Assembly (NCBI GenBank): GCA_040954595.2
Contig: CM082587.2
Location: 4,172,093 to 4,236,092 of the forward strand
Length of the DNA stretch: 64,000 nt
Reading direction: 5' to 3'
Origin: Balanoglossus misakiensis
Taxonomy: Eukaryota > Animalia > Hemichordata
This document shows positions 25,436-38,600 of this stretch, piece by piece. The notes beneath the pieces are model-generated. The model made no database searches, was not told where the DNA came from, and saw nothing but the letters and a program-made list of their open reading frames with translations. Every line of letters begins with the position of its first letter. Position 1 is the stretch's first letter. Both the position numbers and the translations under genes were made by a program.

Positions 25436-28095
25436 AGAATCTATGTCCTAATCAAAAAATAAAACTACATGTATCTCCTAATTTAACTTGAGGACTTACT
25501 AAGATTTCTCCTGTACAATGGGATCCTCAAAGATACCAGCTTGTGGGATTAACCAGTCCAGGATGATTTTGATAGCTGGTAGATTGACGTGGTCTCTGGC
25601 CTTCTGCTCAGACTTGGATGGCATGAAGTGAAGCAGCAAACTTAGCACTGACACTGAAATTTAAAGGTCAAAAACATCCTATTTAGTGAAGGGTACAGAT
25701 AAAAGAAATGGCGTACCTAGAAAATCATGATGTAAAGCTTGAATTTCAATAAAAGCAACTGATCTAACAATGCAACCATATCCACAGCACGAATAATGGT
25801 GACTTTCATAGTGGCTTCACTCACTGTTAAAACTGAAGACCAAATTCCAGGACAGCTCCTCGTCGCCGCCGTAACACAGCTGCTTGGTGTCTCCGGCATC
25901 TCCGTTCTCTCCTTGGAAGTGGTCTTCCGGGTTCTTGATGTGGTGCAGGGCGAAGAGGTTGATGACGACCAGCTGGATGAGCTGCTGTGCCGTGAAGCTC
26001 TCCTGGTTGATATGCATCTTGAAATGTTCCACCAGTTTGTCTTTCATGTTGACCGCCCTCTGCAGGTCTGATCAGGTGCAGGCAGGGGGGGAAAAGGACA
26101 TATAGTCAAATCTGTGCTAGTGCTACCTCTATAGGAGAAACTTATCTATAGTGGCCACTTTGTTACAGTCCCTGTGCAGTTTACACACGCATTAAATTAC
26201 TTGAACTTACCTGTAGCAAGATAGATGAGTGCATGGAACTGAATGAAGAAAAATACAAGTTCTACCGGAGTTATCTTGTGAGTTTTAAGTTCATCCCTGC
26301 AATAAAAGTATATTCAGATATTACCACAACTTTTTTATTGCACCAGGTTATCAACACAACTGTACTATTGCTTTCATTTTGAACAGTTGTGAAAGGCAGG
26401 CAAAAAACAAAATGACAACTCACTTATCGATCATCTTCGTGAAGGACATCTGCAGGTTGGTGATAGACGCTGGGAACGGATGCTTGACAGCGATGCTTCT
26501 TACGTAGTAGAAGACAGTGGCCAGCTGATCCCCTTTGCCGGCAGCTAAGATGGCTAATTGGTTGTATGGCTGTCCATTGCTGGGTACTAGCTGGGCTGCG
26601 TGTTGGTAGTATGTGTGGGCCTGGGTGTTCTGATTTCGGTAACGCGCTATCGGGGAAAAAAATTAGAATTAGATCTTGAGCAGGAGAAATCTAACAATGC
26701 TTTATTCTAGAGCAGAGATCAAGCCTTGCTTTCCATGATCAATTTCCAAATCCCACCATAGTCAACACTCACCTATGTCTCCCAAGTGGACGAGGCAATG
26801 TTGACAAATGTAATGACAAGAAGCTGGCTGGGGCTGAACAATCCTCCTATGGTTCGGATTGTGCTCGTTGAGGATTCCCAATCTGGACGATTTGACATGG
26901 CAGGGCAAGTCTAAATAAAATGCACTACATAATTCTTGCAGGAGCTGAAAGAAAGATCCCAAATCTGGTTATTCAATAATATATTATTGGCTTTGTTTAC
27001 TTGCAATATTTTCCATGTTTCAAACCCTGGTTCACAAAATCACTTCACATTGCCTCACACGTTGATCTTTGTTGTTGATTTCAAGGCCAAATAACACGTC
27101 TACCTACCTGTAGATAGAATCCACTCGCTGCTTCTAAAAACACAGTGCAATTGGCTTGGACTTCATGGCGTTTAGGATTCTGAAGTGTAAAACAAAACTG
27201 ATGGGATGCTTGCGATAGGGTTACAACAGTGAGAGTAATCTAATTGACATGGAAATAAAGTTTCAATCTACTTACAGCTTTATCTTTCACTTTTATCTGC
27301 AGGGAGTTTATCTGATTCTTGAAAGCAAAATTCCACAAGTCCTGTTCCACCTTCTTATCGAGTGCATATTCTAAGTCGGCTATTAACAGCTGTTGGTACA
27401 CATTTTGTAACTTCTGTCGTGTGGTCCAGGTGTCCCCTGTTCCATCTGTACAAAGAAAGCTTGATTTGTTACTACATGTATGTACATTGCATCGTATGAC
27501 ATGAGGTCAAGGCCAGATGAGTACATCACTATATTCCATACGATTTCGCACTGAACGCTGCAATCGACTCCAGGGGAAAGGACGTGACTAAAGTCACCTC
27601 TACAAGTAAACAACGATCAAGCAGTTGTATGAATTCCGATTCATCTGGATCACTAACCTGCTATGTCTGACTTCAAGGCCTCGGCTTGTCTGTTGCAAAG
27701 AGGAAACCAACAAAGTGATGGAAAGTAGTTTAATTTTTTCGACTTTGCATGGGTGGTCACACGAACAATAACGCTCATCAGTCGCCGTGTAAAGCACCAA
27801 TTTAATAACAGTCCAACCTCTGCACTGAAATCGCCCACTAATACCACACAGGTACGTCGATTTCAAAAAATAGTAAACAACTTGCAGACGATATTATCAT
27901 AAATTTTTGGATCGGTCATCGAAGCATTTCCTTTGCTATGTTAGTTACGTTATTTTGCAGATCGTAGGCTTCGCATGGCAAAATGCGCGATCGATCTGAC
28001 AAGCAGACATCTACAACGGAAAATGCACTACGTCTGAGATCAAGAAGTGTCAGTATGTGCGAACTTTACCTGAAAAGTCGAGCACAAGTACTCAT
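21819..28095 (-). CDS. SMG7: Nonsense-mediated decay factor SMG7, 17 coding exons, about 1168 aa, with a long Gln-rich region
   Basis: Exons (minus) 28095-28070, 27689-27658, 27445-27276, 27179-27108, 26944-26773, 26646-26424, 26296-26211, 26067-25825, 25653-25500, 25298-25167, 24904-24791, 24672-24375, 24147-22876, 22720-22617, 22461-22349, 22227-22025, 21911-21819; 3507 nt in frame. DLEYALDKKVEQDLWN, LEAASGFY, CQHCLVHLGDIARY, PSNGQPYNQLAI, YSLF..PW and C-terminal SIWSS..LEQLL match SMG7. Confidence 0.95.
25314..25432. repeat. (ATC)n trinucleotide microsatellite, about 39 units, SMG7 intron 9
   Basis: Directly visible; source of the poly-Met and poly-Ile ORFs. Confidence 0.97.
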
Positions 28096-31000
28096 CACTA
28101 CATCTTTCCCGTCAACTGGCCGCCATTACTGTTGATTTGCATATTTCGGAAGTCGTCGTGTTAATTCGGAAAAGGGAGAGGTTGTCGGCATTGCTGAGCA
28201 TGCAGTGCATTGTGGGACTAGAAAAAAGGCCAGTGCAACCACTACATGCATGGAAACAGTTTTCTGCACACAGCCAGAGATAATGAAGTCCCTGGTCTCT
28301 TGGGGTGCAAACACTGCATCCCATTGCCTTGGAACTTCTGCCAAAGGGCTTGCTTTCCAAAGCCGGGAAAACCTCAAATGCAGACTCGGGTTTATTTATA
28401 ATTTTTAGCAAAAAGACCTTTACAATTAAGTTTTCTTTAGCCTTGTAATTGGTTAATCAAGAATCTGGCCTGGCATTCAGGCTAACCCATTTTCTACTGT
28501 CTGAAACTGCATGAAGCCAACGATGAAAGAACAACAGTGACTTTCCGGCCTTGGAGTCGATTAAAAAACATTCATCCTTTTTTCAAAGTTCAAACATCCA
28601 CTCTTGAAAAAACAAACACGCACATTGTCCAATTTTTTATACAGCAGGAAATATTTTATTAGGAGACAAACAAAATATGCTGGGAAAATCTGAAAAAGCA
28701 TCCGACTTTCAAAACAATATAAATGCATGATTCTCATCAGCAGTGTCACCCACTTGGTTAAAATTGACAAATGAAAAGTGAAAAAAAAAATTCTCATTTT
28801 TTTAATAACATTCACAACAGAATAATGTAATAGCTCAGTGTGTTTCATCAGGACAACTTGAAGGGACCTAGAAGCTAGTTATACATATAATAGAACTGTA
28901 TGACACAAGTCATTTGGCTACAGAACAAACCCTCTGCCATGAAGTCACACAAGCTGGAAAGTACTAAGTATATTTCATATGAAAAAATATGCAGTTTATC
29001 CAAGTTCAAATATGACACAGAGTTCAAAGCTCGGAGTTGAAGGTTCTAAATAGTTGTATGGTAAAAAAAAATGATAGTATAGGGTTATGGTCAAAATGGT
29101 TACTTTTTGTGATATTTTCCATTTGCTGGAAATTCTACAGGGGCATTTCTATTTTTCTTGTGAAAGCATAAATTAAGTCAACAATCACAAACGTGGAAAC
29201 AAAACTTATTACCTGTACTAATGTCCCAAGTGATAATATAAATATGGTACTAAAAGCACAGAAAACTTTGGCTTAAATTCAAAACACAGGATTGCTTTAA
29301 AACTTCACACTGAAAAGGACATACTAGCATAACTTTGCCATTTAACCTTCTGACCTTTACCCTTTGACCTCTGTGCGTTTGGATTATTATACTGTAAATG
29401 CGACAAGTCTGAAGTTTTAATTCACATCTACTCTTGAAATATAAATGTATGTAAATATTGGAACATTTCTACAATAACCTGCACTCTGCTAATTAACATC
29501 TTTGGATAAATTTCTGTAATGTCTGTGAGAATGCTGTCTATCGCGGTAGTTCCACAGATAGATTCCAAAACAATAAAATGTACTCTTTACCCAGTAAAGT
29601 AGCACATACCTACAAAATGTTGATATCATTCTTTGTTAAAATTGAACATTCTAGTGATCACCACCACCAAACACTGGAAACTTGGAAATTCAAAATGGCT
29701 GCCACAGGACTGGATTATTTTGGGGGAAATAATCGGATTGTCAAAAGAGTTAATGAATCAGTATTACATATGTAATCATATTTTTTTACTTCTGTAAAAT
29801 CCTTATCTGTTTACTTGCTAAGTTCATCTTTCTTCACAAGTTTTGGAGAGACCACGGGCACAGGCATAACTTTCAAAACCAAAATCATCCATCATTTTAA
29901 CATGGGGAAAACCTTTGTTCAATAGAAACCCTTCTCAGGTAAAGCATACACACCAACTATTTATTTCTTTACAGAAAAGAATTTTCACTTTAGAAAGAAA
30001 AAACAAATAATAAAGACTGTGAATGGGTCATATAAATACGTTATTTATTCTTTACAATGGAGTATTTGTCAAATCCATTACATATAACATTTCAAATTCT
30101 TCATGTTTCCTATATGCTGTTTGGCTTTCTTGAGCTAATATCTTTCAAGAAATCAAAATCAACAAAAAATATTCAAAATAACAATAATCAAATTATTGAC
30201 TTCTATATAAAAAATTATAATCTTTTTTTTTTCATTGGTTTATGTGAATAGCATACTATTCATACCCTAGGTTCCGAGACAAATTATTTAATGCCAGCCA
30301 TGAAATACATTGGGCACATACTTTTGTGACTAATATCTCAATTTTCAAAATATCTGATTCTGTTGTATTGTATGACATGGCACAAGCCAGAGTTGGTTTT
30401 CAAGCAGATACAAGTTTCAAGCACAGCATACAATAACTACAGGTTTTTCAAACTAAAACTTTATAGAATCTGATCTACAATTCATTTTTTTTAAATATGT
30501 GTTCTTTTCATCGCATGAATCTCATTCAAAATAACACTGTCACACACACAGAGAAACACTTAAAATGTACTTTTTGATTTCTTTCTCAAGTTCACAAGTA
30601 TAACTTTTTATCTTGTTTTAATCAAGGCACACAAATTGATATTTCAAATATTTAAATGTACTTTCTGAACATATATCACACTCGATTATTCTTATGACAA
30701 ATCAGAGTGAGAGAATTCTGGGGGGTTAAATACATAATATATAGGAAAACCACCTGCAACATGTTTTTGAAAATTACAAAATAAAGAGAAAAAAAAGAGA
30801 AGACACTGTCTGAAGCTCTGCAGCTTTCTCTGAACAGACCAGCAGGCAAAGTGACTAAGACTACTTTTAATAATTGCAAAACACTTCATGCACCAGCACC
30901 ACAATTTATCATTTTCATTATTGCTTTGCTTTTTTTGGCAATATTTTATCTTTCACACAAAAAAGAAGAAAATCAGCACCAGTGTGGCGTTGATTTTCAG

Positions 31001-32606
31001 ATAAAATGTTCCGTCTGCAGTTTTCTAAGTCATCAGCAACAATAACTACAATGCCTATATTGCTAAGATCCACTGCATGTAGGCAGATTTAACCACATTG
31101 GCTCTACGACTCAAATCTACTGAATGCCTATAGAGCTACTGGGATCCAGAAAAACTTTTTCCCTTTCCCTAGCAGAGAAATCATGTGATAAAGACCCTTC
31201 ACAATACGCATGATCACTCAACCACCTAGCGGTGTACAATCGACGACATCATTACGCCAGCACTTTCCAGTTTACTGGTATACTAGCTGCATGCACAGTC
31301 CACACCAGGCCTCTGTCCTGATCTACAGCGCAGGGAGCCCTCTACAAAGAAGATCAACAACATGACCTTCAAGACTGACCCTGCAAGTATCTATTTATAC
31401 CTGCCCTAAGAGTTGCCACGTCTTTGAAAACATGGACAACACAAACAATTCACTAAATCATATAAATCATTGGTATATTATATTACAAGTACACGAGATG
31501 GTGCTGCTAGAAGCAAATTTCATTTTTTTTTTATCATTTTTACAAAATCAAGCTATTATTATCTTTACATTATTCTGTACAATTTTCATTCTTTGTCCTT
31601 TCTCAGGACTCCTTTACAATTGTCATTTTGTGAAGCATGTAGCTTAAACCCCAGCACCAATTATAAAGCTAAAGGAGCACCATCCGAGAGAGAGAGAAAA
31701 AAAACAAGCAAGTTTGCACTTCACAGCAACCCTCCCACCCCCCCCCTATCTAACCTCGCAACCACGCGCACCCCTCATAAGCTGCTGAGCACCCCTCACA
31801 ATACAATAATTTCTTCCCATTCAAAAAAAACCTCTAACTTCCTTGTACTTGCCAAGAAAGCGCAAACCCTAAAAGCCACTTTCATGATCGACCCCTGTGT
31901 GACCTTTACATCCTGGCATTTTGTTGGTACGAGTTTACTGTTTTGAACTTTAACCTCTGGAACAGTCAAGCATACTATTGACTTTGTGCGCTCTAACTCA
32001 TCCTCAAGCAAAAAAAAAATTAAATTTCGTCTGTTACAAAAGGGTGAACATCGCTCGTCACATTGAGTGATGTCATACCAATAAAATACCAGGATGTAGG
32101 GGTCACCCAGGGGTCATGAAAGCATTACTGCTGAGCAAACGTCTCACCTCTTGTTACAAAGTTAAATAAACGAACACCTCTTCAGGCTACTTATTATCAA
32201 TGCCATCAATGCTGATTTGGAGTAAACATATGAATGTGATATTTACAAAGACAAAAAAAAAGATATATTGGTAACAATTTCTCAAAGTGCAAACCACATT
32301 TTACATATTGCATTAATGTAAGTGTCAAAGATTGGCAGTGGCGTTGCGTACTCTTTATTTCAAAGGAGAGATGAAACAGACTTCATCAAGATTTTTTTTT
32401 TCGTACTTTTTCTTTACATATGAATTCTACAAAAAATAACCAGACTATAATGTAAACAACAGTGTACGTCGACACTCATGAACATCGTTATATTAGTGAT
32501 TTGTCGTATCTTTATAGACTTTAAATACTGATATAGTTTTGGACCATATATTGCCAAAAGACGAGAGAGGAAAAAAAACAAAAACAAAGATTAAAGCAGG
32601 AGTAAG

Positions 32607-35600
32607 TTAACACTTTGCCATCGCGTTCAGTAAATATGGCATGTACAGCAACTTGCTCTTGCACAGAAGTTCGGAACACTCGGAGAGCTCCGGAAAGCGG
32701 GAGACGATTTCTTCGAATCGGTTGGGATGTGCCGGATAGTTCACTTCCATGTAGTCTTGGAGCGCCTTGAGATAAGGTTCACGCACTTTATCCGCGATGT
32801 CGGCATCTGCAGTGATTGGACGAGAGAAGGGGGAGAGGTGTCACTGATTGGTAGAATGGTGGGTTTATAACCCTTTCACCACCGTGGTTCGGTCCAAACC
32901 CAGTGTTTTCTATGGTAAGTTTGGACCTCTAAAGAGGGAACTGGGGGTGAAAGGGTTAATTGGAAGGAGTGGACAAAAGGGGCTCTACTGGATGGCAGAA
33001 AAGATATGTCTTTACATCACCAGTGAGCTTGTGAAGTCAGTGGCGCATTATAATCTTAGAAGACGGACAGACACTGGGATGGGTGCACTTGGAGTAGCTG
33101 AACAGGTGTGTGGACAAACATACGTACCATTGTTATTACTGATGCAGGCATTGCTGAGCAGCACGACCACTTTCATCAGCAGGTACTCGTCCCGGGTGAT
33201 CTTGTACGTGTGGAACATGGCCACCAGGTGGGTCAGCTTCTCCACCACCTCGCCCATCTCGTGGCGGAAGCTGTCCATGTCCAGCTTGAGGTCCAGCGTC
33301 TGGTTGAGGCAGTCCTGCAGGTACAGCATGTTCTTGAAGACGTGCTGCTCGAAGCTGAGCCCCCGGTTGGTGGTGCTGTTGCGGAAGTTGATGGCGTTGA
33401 CGGCCACCGAGAGCAGCAGCAGCTCTTGCCACTTGCACTTGAGGATCTGCGTGTGCTCGTCTGTGCCCAGCCGCGTGTAGAACGGCAGGTGCTTCACCCA
33501 CTGCACCAGGTGGAACACCAGGTCGTCGCCCAGCTTGCACAGGGCCTTCATGAGATCGTCCGAGTACTTGATGACCCGGTCGCCGACGAAGTTCTCCCCG
33601 TACGTGATCTTGCTGAGCGCAGTCTCTGTCTGCTGGAGAACTTCGATCATTTGCGCCGTCTCCGGCTGCACCTCTCGGAAGGGGCTGTGGGGATACTCCT
33701 TGCCCAAGGTGATGTGACCTTGTTTCAGAGCCTCCCTCTCCATCCGCATGGCTTCCCTGGCCGCCTTCAGCGCTTGCTTCTCCGCTCTGTTCCTCTTGTT
33801 TTCCATCGTCTTCTGCTGCGCCAACTGCTGAAACTTCTTGCGCAGCCTGTCATAGTTGTGGGGTTTGCACTAAAAAGGAAAAAAAAATTGAAACTGTCGA
33901 GTCAAAACCACAAAATATACGTATATCTATATCTATGAAAAAAATAAAAACTTGATTGAGGAAAGGTGGCCTATCTATCCCCTAAGCTAGTATTTCACCC
34001 CAAGATGTCCACCGGTGATACAGATTGGCCAATACTGACCACATGACTATCATGTGACAAATATGCAGACTGGCCGGAAGATGTGTATAGCATATGTCAA
34101 GTTCATGATTCAGAAAAAATCATTTACCTTGTAAGATAACCCTGTATTCCGGCCTCCAGGCATTCGATCTTCACGGACAGCTGGAGTTGAAAATACAAAC
34201 AAGATCATGAGAATGAAAATCTTTTGAACTATTCAAAGATGTCTAAAGTAGATTTTTACTAAAATTTAAAATGATACCAGTTGTAGTTATTCACAATATC
34301 ATGTGCTGACTTGTAGACCATTAATGAATACCGGGTAATAGAATCAGAAGGTCTCTGTTACTTCCTGCAGTGGAGCAGTCGAATACTTCCCATTTCAATA
34401 CTGTCTATAGTTGTTTTGTTTGCCTTTATTTATATTGACGGAACTGAACAAATAATGGGATGGAATGCTCACAATACTTGTCTTGCTCACAAACATTCAT
34501 GTACCAGTACATGTCCCAACACACGACAAATCTAGTCTTTTTTCAATATCTGATTAAAATTGCAATCTGCTCTCTGTCAGATAGGACTTCACATCCCTAG
34601 AAGCCGTGACTATTTATACCTCTGAAATGAAGTCCCTGAAGGTACAGGATGAAGAGGAAAACATCACGAGATTTCAAGGGTAGTTTTATAATTGAAGGGT
34701 CTCAGGTGTGTGTGCATCATTGGTGTTGGAAAATTGACCTTCATTTACAGTGGACATTCTCAGCGCACACTTCTTAATATCAGAAACATGAATTCAACAT
34801 CAGTTGTAGAGAGCTATAAAAGTCATCTTTCTAATTTAATTAATTTTTTTGCCAAGGGGTTTCATCTCACGCACAACAAAGATACTGTTCAGATATTTTT
34901 GGCCGTGACATTTCTATCGTATATTTGATTCCAATTTGTGCGGGATTTGATCTATTGAAACCCTGCAGTTGCAATCACAGCACAATAGGACGACAGGGAC
35001 TGAACATCAATGCAGTGTCTGACAATGATAGGTGATGATTCCTCAGACTTTTGGATTTGTGTAGGCGTACAGACCAAGTCCCCCCGAGGGCCCTCCCCAC
35101 CCCACACGACATCACAAGGCACCCCAATGGAACACACATATGACACGTGTACATTTCACAGCGCGTGCGCGGTCACTTTCATCAAATTGGTCAAACTCAT
35201 TTGCATACTACCGAGCCAATTGGACAGAGGCAGAGAGAGGCTTCAGGGCCACAGAGTTCACTGACCAGCTAACTAATAATAATCACACAACAACATCAGG
35301 TGTGGGAAACACTCCGATGACAACCCTGAAATCTTCCTGGCATGGCTATTGCATTGTTTCTCCTTACGTAATCCCTCTGATGATCGCCAAGGATTTCCAA
35401 TTCAGATTAACCCGCGGCACAATAACAGGCAGCAACTTCGTGGCATTATCGTTCCAAAAAAAAAAAAAATAACCAGCATACACTGCACACGACACAAAAC
35501 AACATGGCTGCTGGAGCGTTGTTAGTGAAGCCATTTTTTTTCTCATCATGAAAAAATCTGAAACATGATGTTCTTGCAATGTCAATACGGCTTATAAACA

Positions 35601-38600
35601 CAAGAACGCAAATATCAAAATTCAACTTTAAAAAAATATTTTCATACAGCATGATTTTGAGTTGAAAACACTTGTCGCCATCGACAAAAGTCAGGGTCAG
35701 TCAAAGACACCTGTTTTTGAAACTCAACATATGCTAAAGCAGAAAAACTCAAGAGCACAATTCTGATATTACATGTAGTTTCAAATTTGATTTTCACTCT
35801 GCCAGACTTCAAGTTTTGTGGAAGGGTACGTAATTGAAAAAAAATCTGCCACATAGGGACTTTGTTATTATTCAACCTTTCCTGGAACAGGTTGGTATTA
35901 TTAGACAATCACTTTATGCTAAGCCAGACAGTCTTAAACCTCATTTGGATAATCCCAGGCGTAAAATAGAAATAATCAATAGGGAACAGACAGTACAGAA
36001 ACAATGAGTCTCAAGGCCACGACTTCAGGATTAACATAGTAGCGCATCTTCACAACTGGCGAAGACAAAAGACTTGTAGCCATGATAGGTTCTATAATTG
36101 TCGCATTTTTCTTCTGGTACAAAAGAGTCCCCGTAGACGGAATGCAACGTCAAACAAACGCCTTCAAGGGCCTTACGATTGAAAGTACGCTATCTGATTC
36201 CCGCAAACCAAAAAATGGCCACAGTATTGGTGCATTCTTCCGTAAAACACGTTTCCGTGTTTGTGTAGTCACAGTATGCTTTAATGCGAGTGGGCCTTGC
36301 TTGTTCTGTGCTTTTGGCTGGGTGCCAGTTCATTTGCACAATTCTGTTCCGTTTTATTCAGTACGTATTGGCACTGATTTCATAGTGGACAGCCCCAAAT
36401 TCACCATAAAATGGTGCTTTGGGAACATTTGAAGATGGAAGTGGCTATGCATCTGCCACTGATGTCTACAAATTACACTTTACCGGTGTCAGTGAGTGTG
36501 GCCATCGCCACCAGTGCAACCTGCCACATTTTTCCCATAATGCACCAGCCAAATCAGAAGAGCTGATAAACTCAACTGAGGGGTGGTTGCTGTCATCATC
36601 CATTTCCAACATTTCACAGTTGAAAGCTCAGCAAAATGCCTATCATTCATTGCCAAAACAGACAATCTGAGGATTCATGGACGGACAAGCACTGTCATTG
36701 CCGAAAAACAGTCAAGTCCAGACTTGAATTCTTCTCTCAACCCCAATCAAAGCTTGTTACACATACCGGTACTGTATACAAGCTGTGAAATAGGTATAAG
36801 TTACCACTGTCACTTGAAGAGCCAATATTTATCATTTTGGATATTTTTTCCAGTATTTACCCATTTCTTTTTTGACTCCCAAAATCATGATTACATAGCT
36901 TATCTCCCCAACATAGCCCATGTGTGCACAAATCAACACGTTTTTGTTCATCAGTTCTATTCATGTCCACACTTGAATTTTTTTGTCAAAAATACTAATG
37001 GTCACTACAAATATAAATATATATATCATACAAATTGTTGATAAGCTGAAAACTACATTTTGTCACACAAAAAAGTCGTGAGCCAAGGCTGCAATGCATA
37101 CTTGACAGGAAAAAAACACCTTGAAACTCAAGGCTGCTTCAGAAATACATGTATTCATGTTTTACAAGGAAAGAGACAAAAGCTGAACTATACACTTGAC
37201 TTTATACCATCATTAAACCAAACAAAACAGACAATATTACGGTTTAATATTATCTGAAGTCTCACTATTACCCCCATTGTGTTTAAAAGCTTTACTGAAA
37301 TTGGTCTGCGTAGACATTTGGCACGTGAAATGTGTGTGTTTGTTTTGTGTGGTGCTAGTTTCATTTTGCAATGGCAAGCACCATCCAATTATGATACTAC
37401 ATGCGGACAGTGGTGGGGAATTTACAATGAACTGAAAGCTTCAGTGTGTCGTCAATTCTGCCACAAATGCATGCAGAGACATAGTTATATGCTCTGTGTA
37501 TATAATTTACTGGGTGGAGCCGATGAATTCCCAGAATATTGGAGAATATTCAGCTGCCCACGAATATCAATCAGTTGCACCTCTTGGGCATTTCAAAAGC
37601 GCCCTCACATGGTCACAAATGACGTCAAATTGTCTTCCAAAAATGCCTACAGTATTAAAGTATGCCCAACTTGTCCATGAGGAGCCACTTATTTAAAATA
37701 GCTACTTTCTCCTCATTCAAAACTTCAAGGCAAAAGTTGAACCAAACAGCGCGCTGAATCGAATGACGTAACTGTCTCGGGCTGTGTTATCTCTCTATTG
37801 AGTTTAATTCCAGGAACTTATCAAGTTTACCATCAACCCACACACATAGATAAACATCATCCTTGAGACCAATCTCTGATTGGTTTATTCAAATACCAAG
37901 GGGCAATCTACAAGTGAGTTGACAGTTTTACCAGCAGAAAGCACACCTACTTGTGAGAAATGAGAAACAGTTTTTTTCAAACCATACATACAAAAAGCAA
38001 TGAATTTCATACACCATCAAATGAGTGTTGGGTCCATAGTGTTATCTCTGTAACAGAATTCCACTCAAACGAATGGTTGGCTGCAAGGAGATTTCCAAAC
38101 TAGTGTCTGAGGAGGAGGAGGAGGAGGAGGGAGGGAGGGAGAGGAGATGGCAACTTCTGAAAATACACGAGCGTCAGAAACATAGCAACAAAGAGATCTC
38201 ATCTAAAATGGACATCACACACTAATTACCTGGTGAAGAGGGTAGCAAGGGAATGTTTTTTTTTGGGGGGGGGGAGGGGGGGTCCACAGGGTGCGCAACA
38301 CACAGTCAGGTATCAGGTGGCCAATACTTGGGGGTGAGAAAAAGTGTGTTGGAATAATAGACAATACGCCCGGCGACAATGGGCCATGGAATTACGTCTC
38401 ATCACGGATTGTCTGGTACGAGCACATCTCAACCTGTCTGTCACAAAGAGATGCACCCTTGGCTGCAGATGAGATATCTGTTAATACATTCTCATGGTAA
38501 TTCACTCATAAAGGTCAAAGACCTGGTCGTTGACCTGTCCACTCTTGATTGCCAGATGAACGTAACAACCTTCAGGAGTGACCAGGTGATGCCATTCAAA

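Noticed and set aside
25251-25491. Poly-Met and poly-Ile ORFs
   Set aside because: Translations of the intronic (ATC)n microsatellite.
33108-33938. 276-aa plus-strand ORF and the overlapping 210-aa ORF at 32848-33480
   Set aside because: Antisense shadows of the GC3-rich receptor LBD exon; no recognisable domain.
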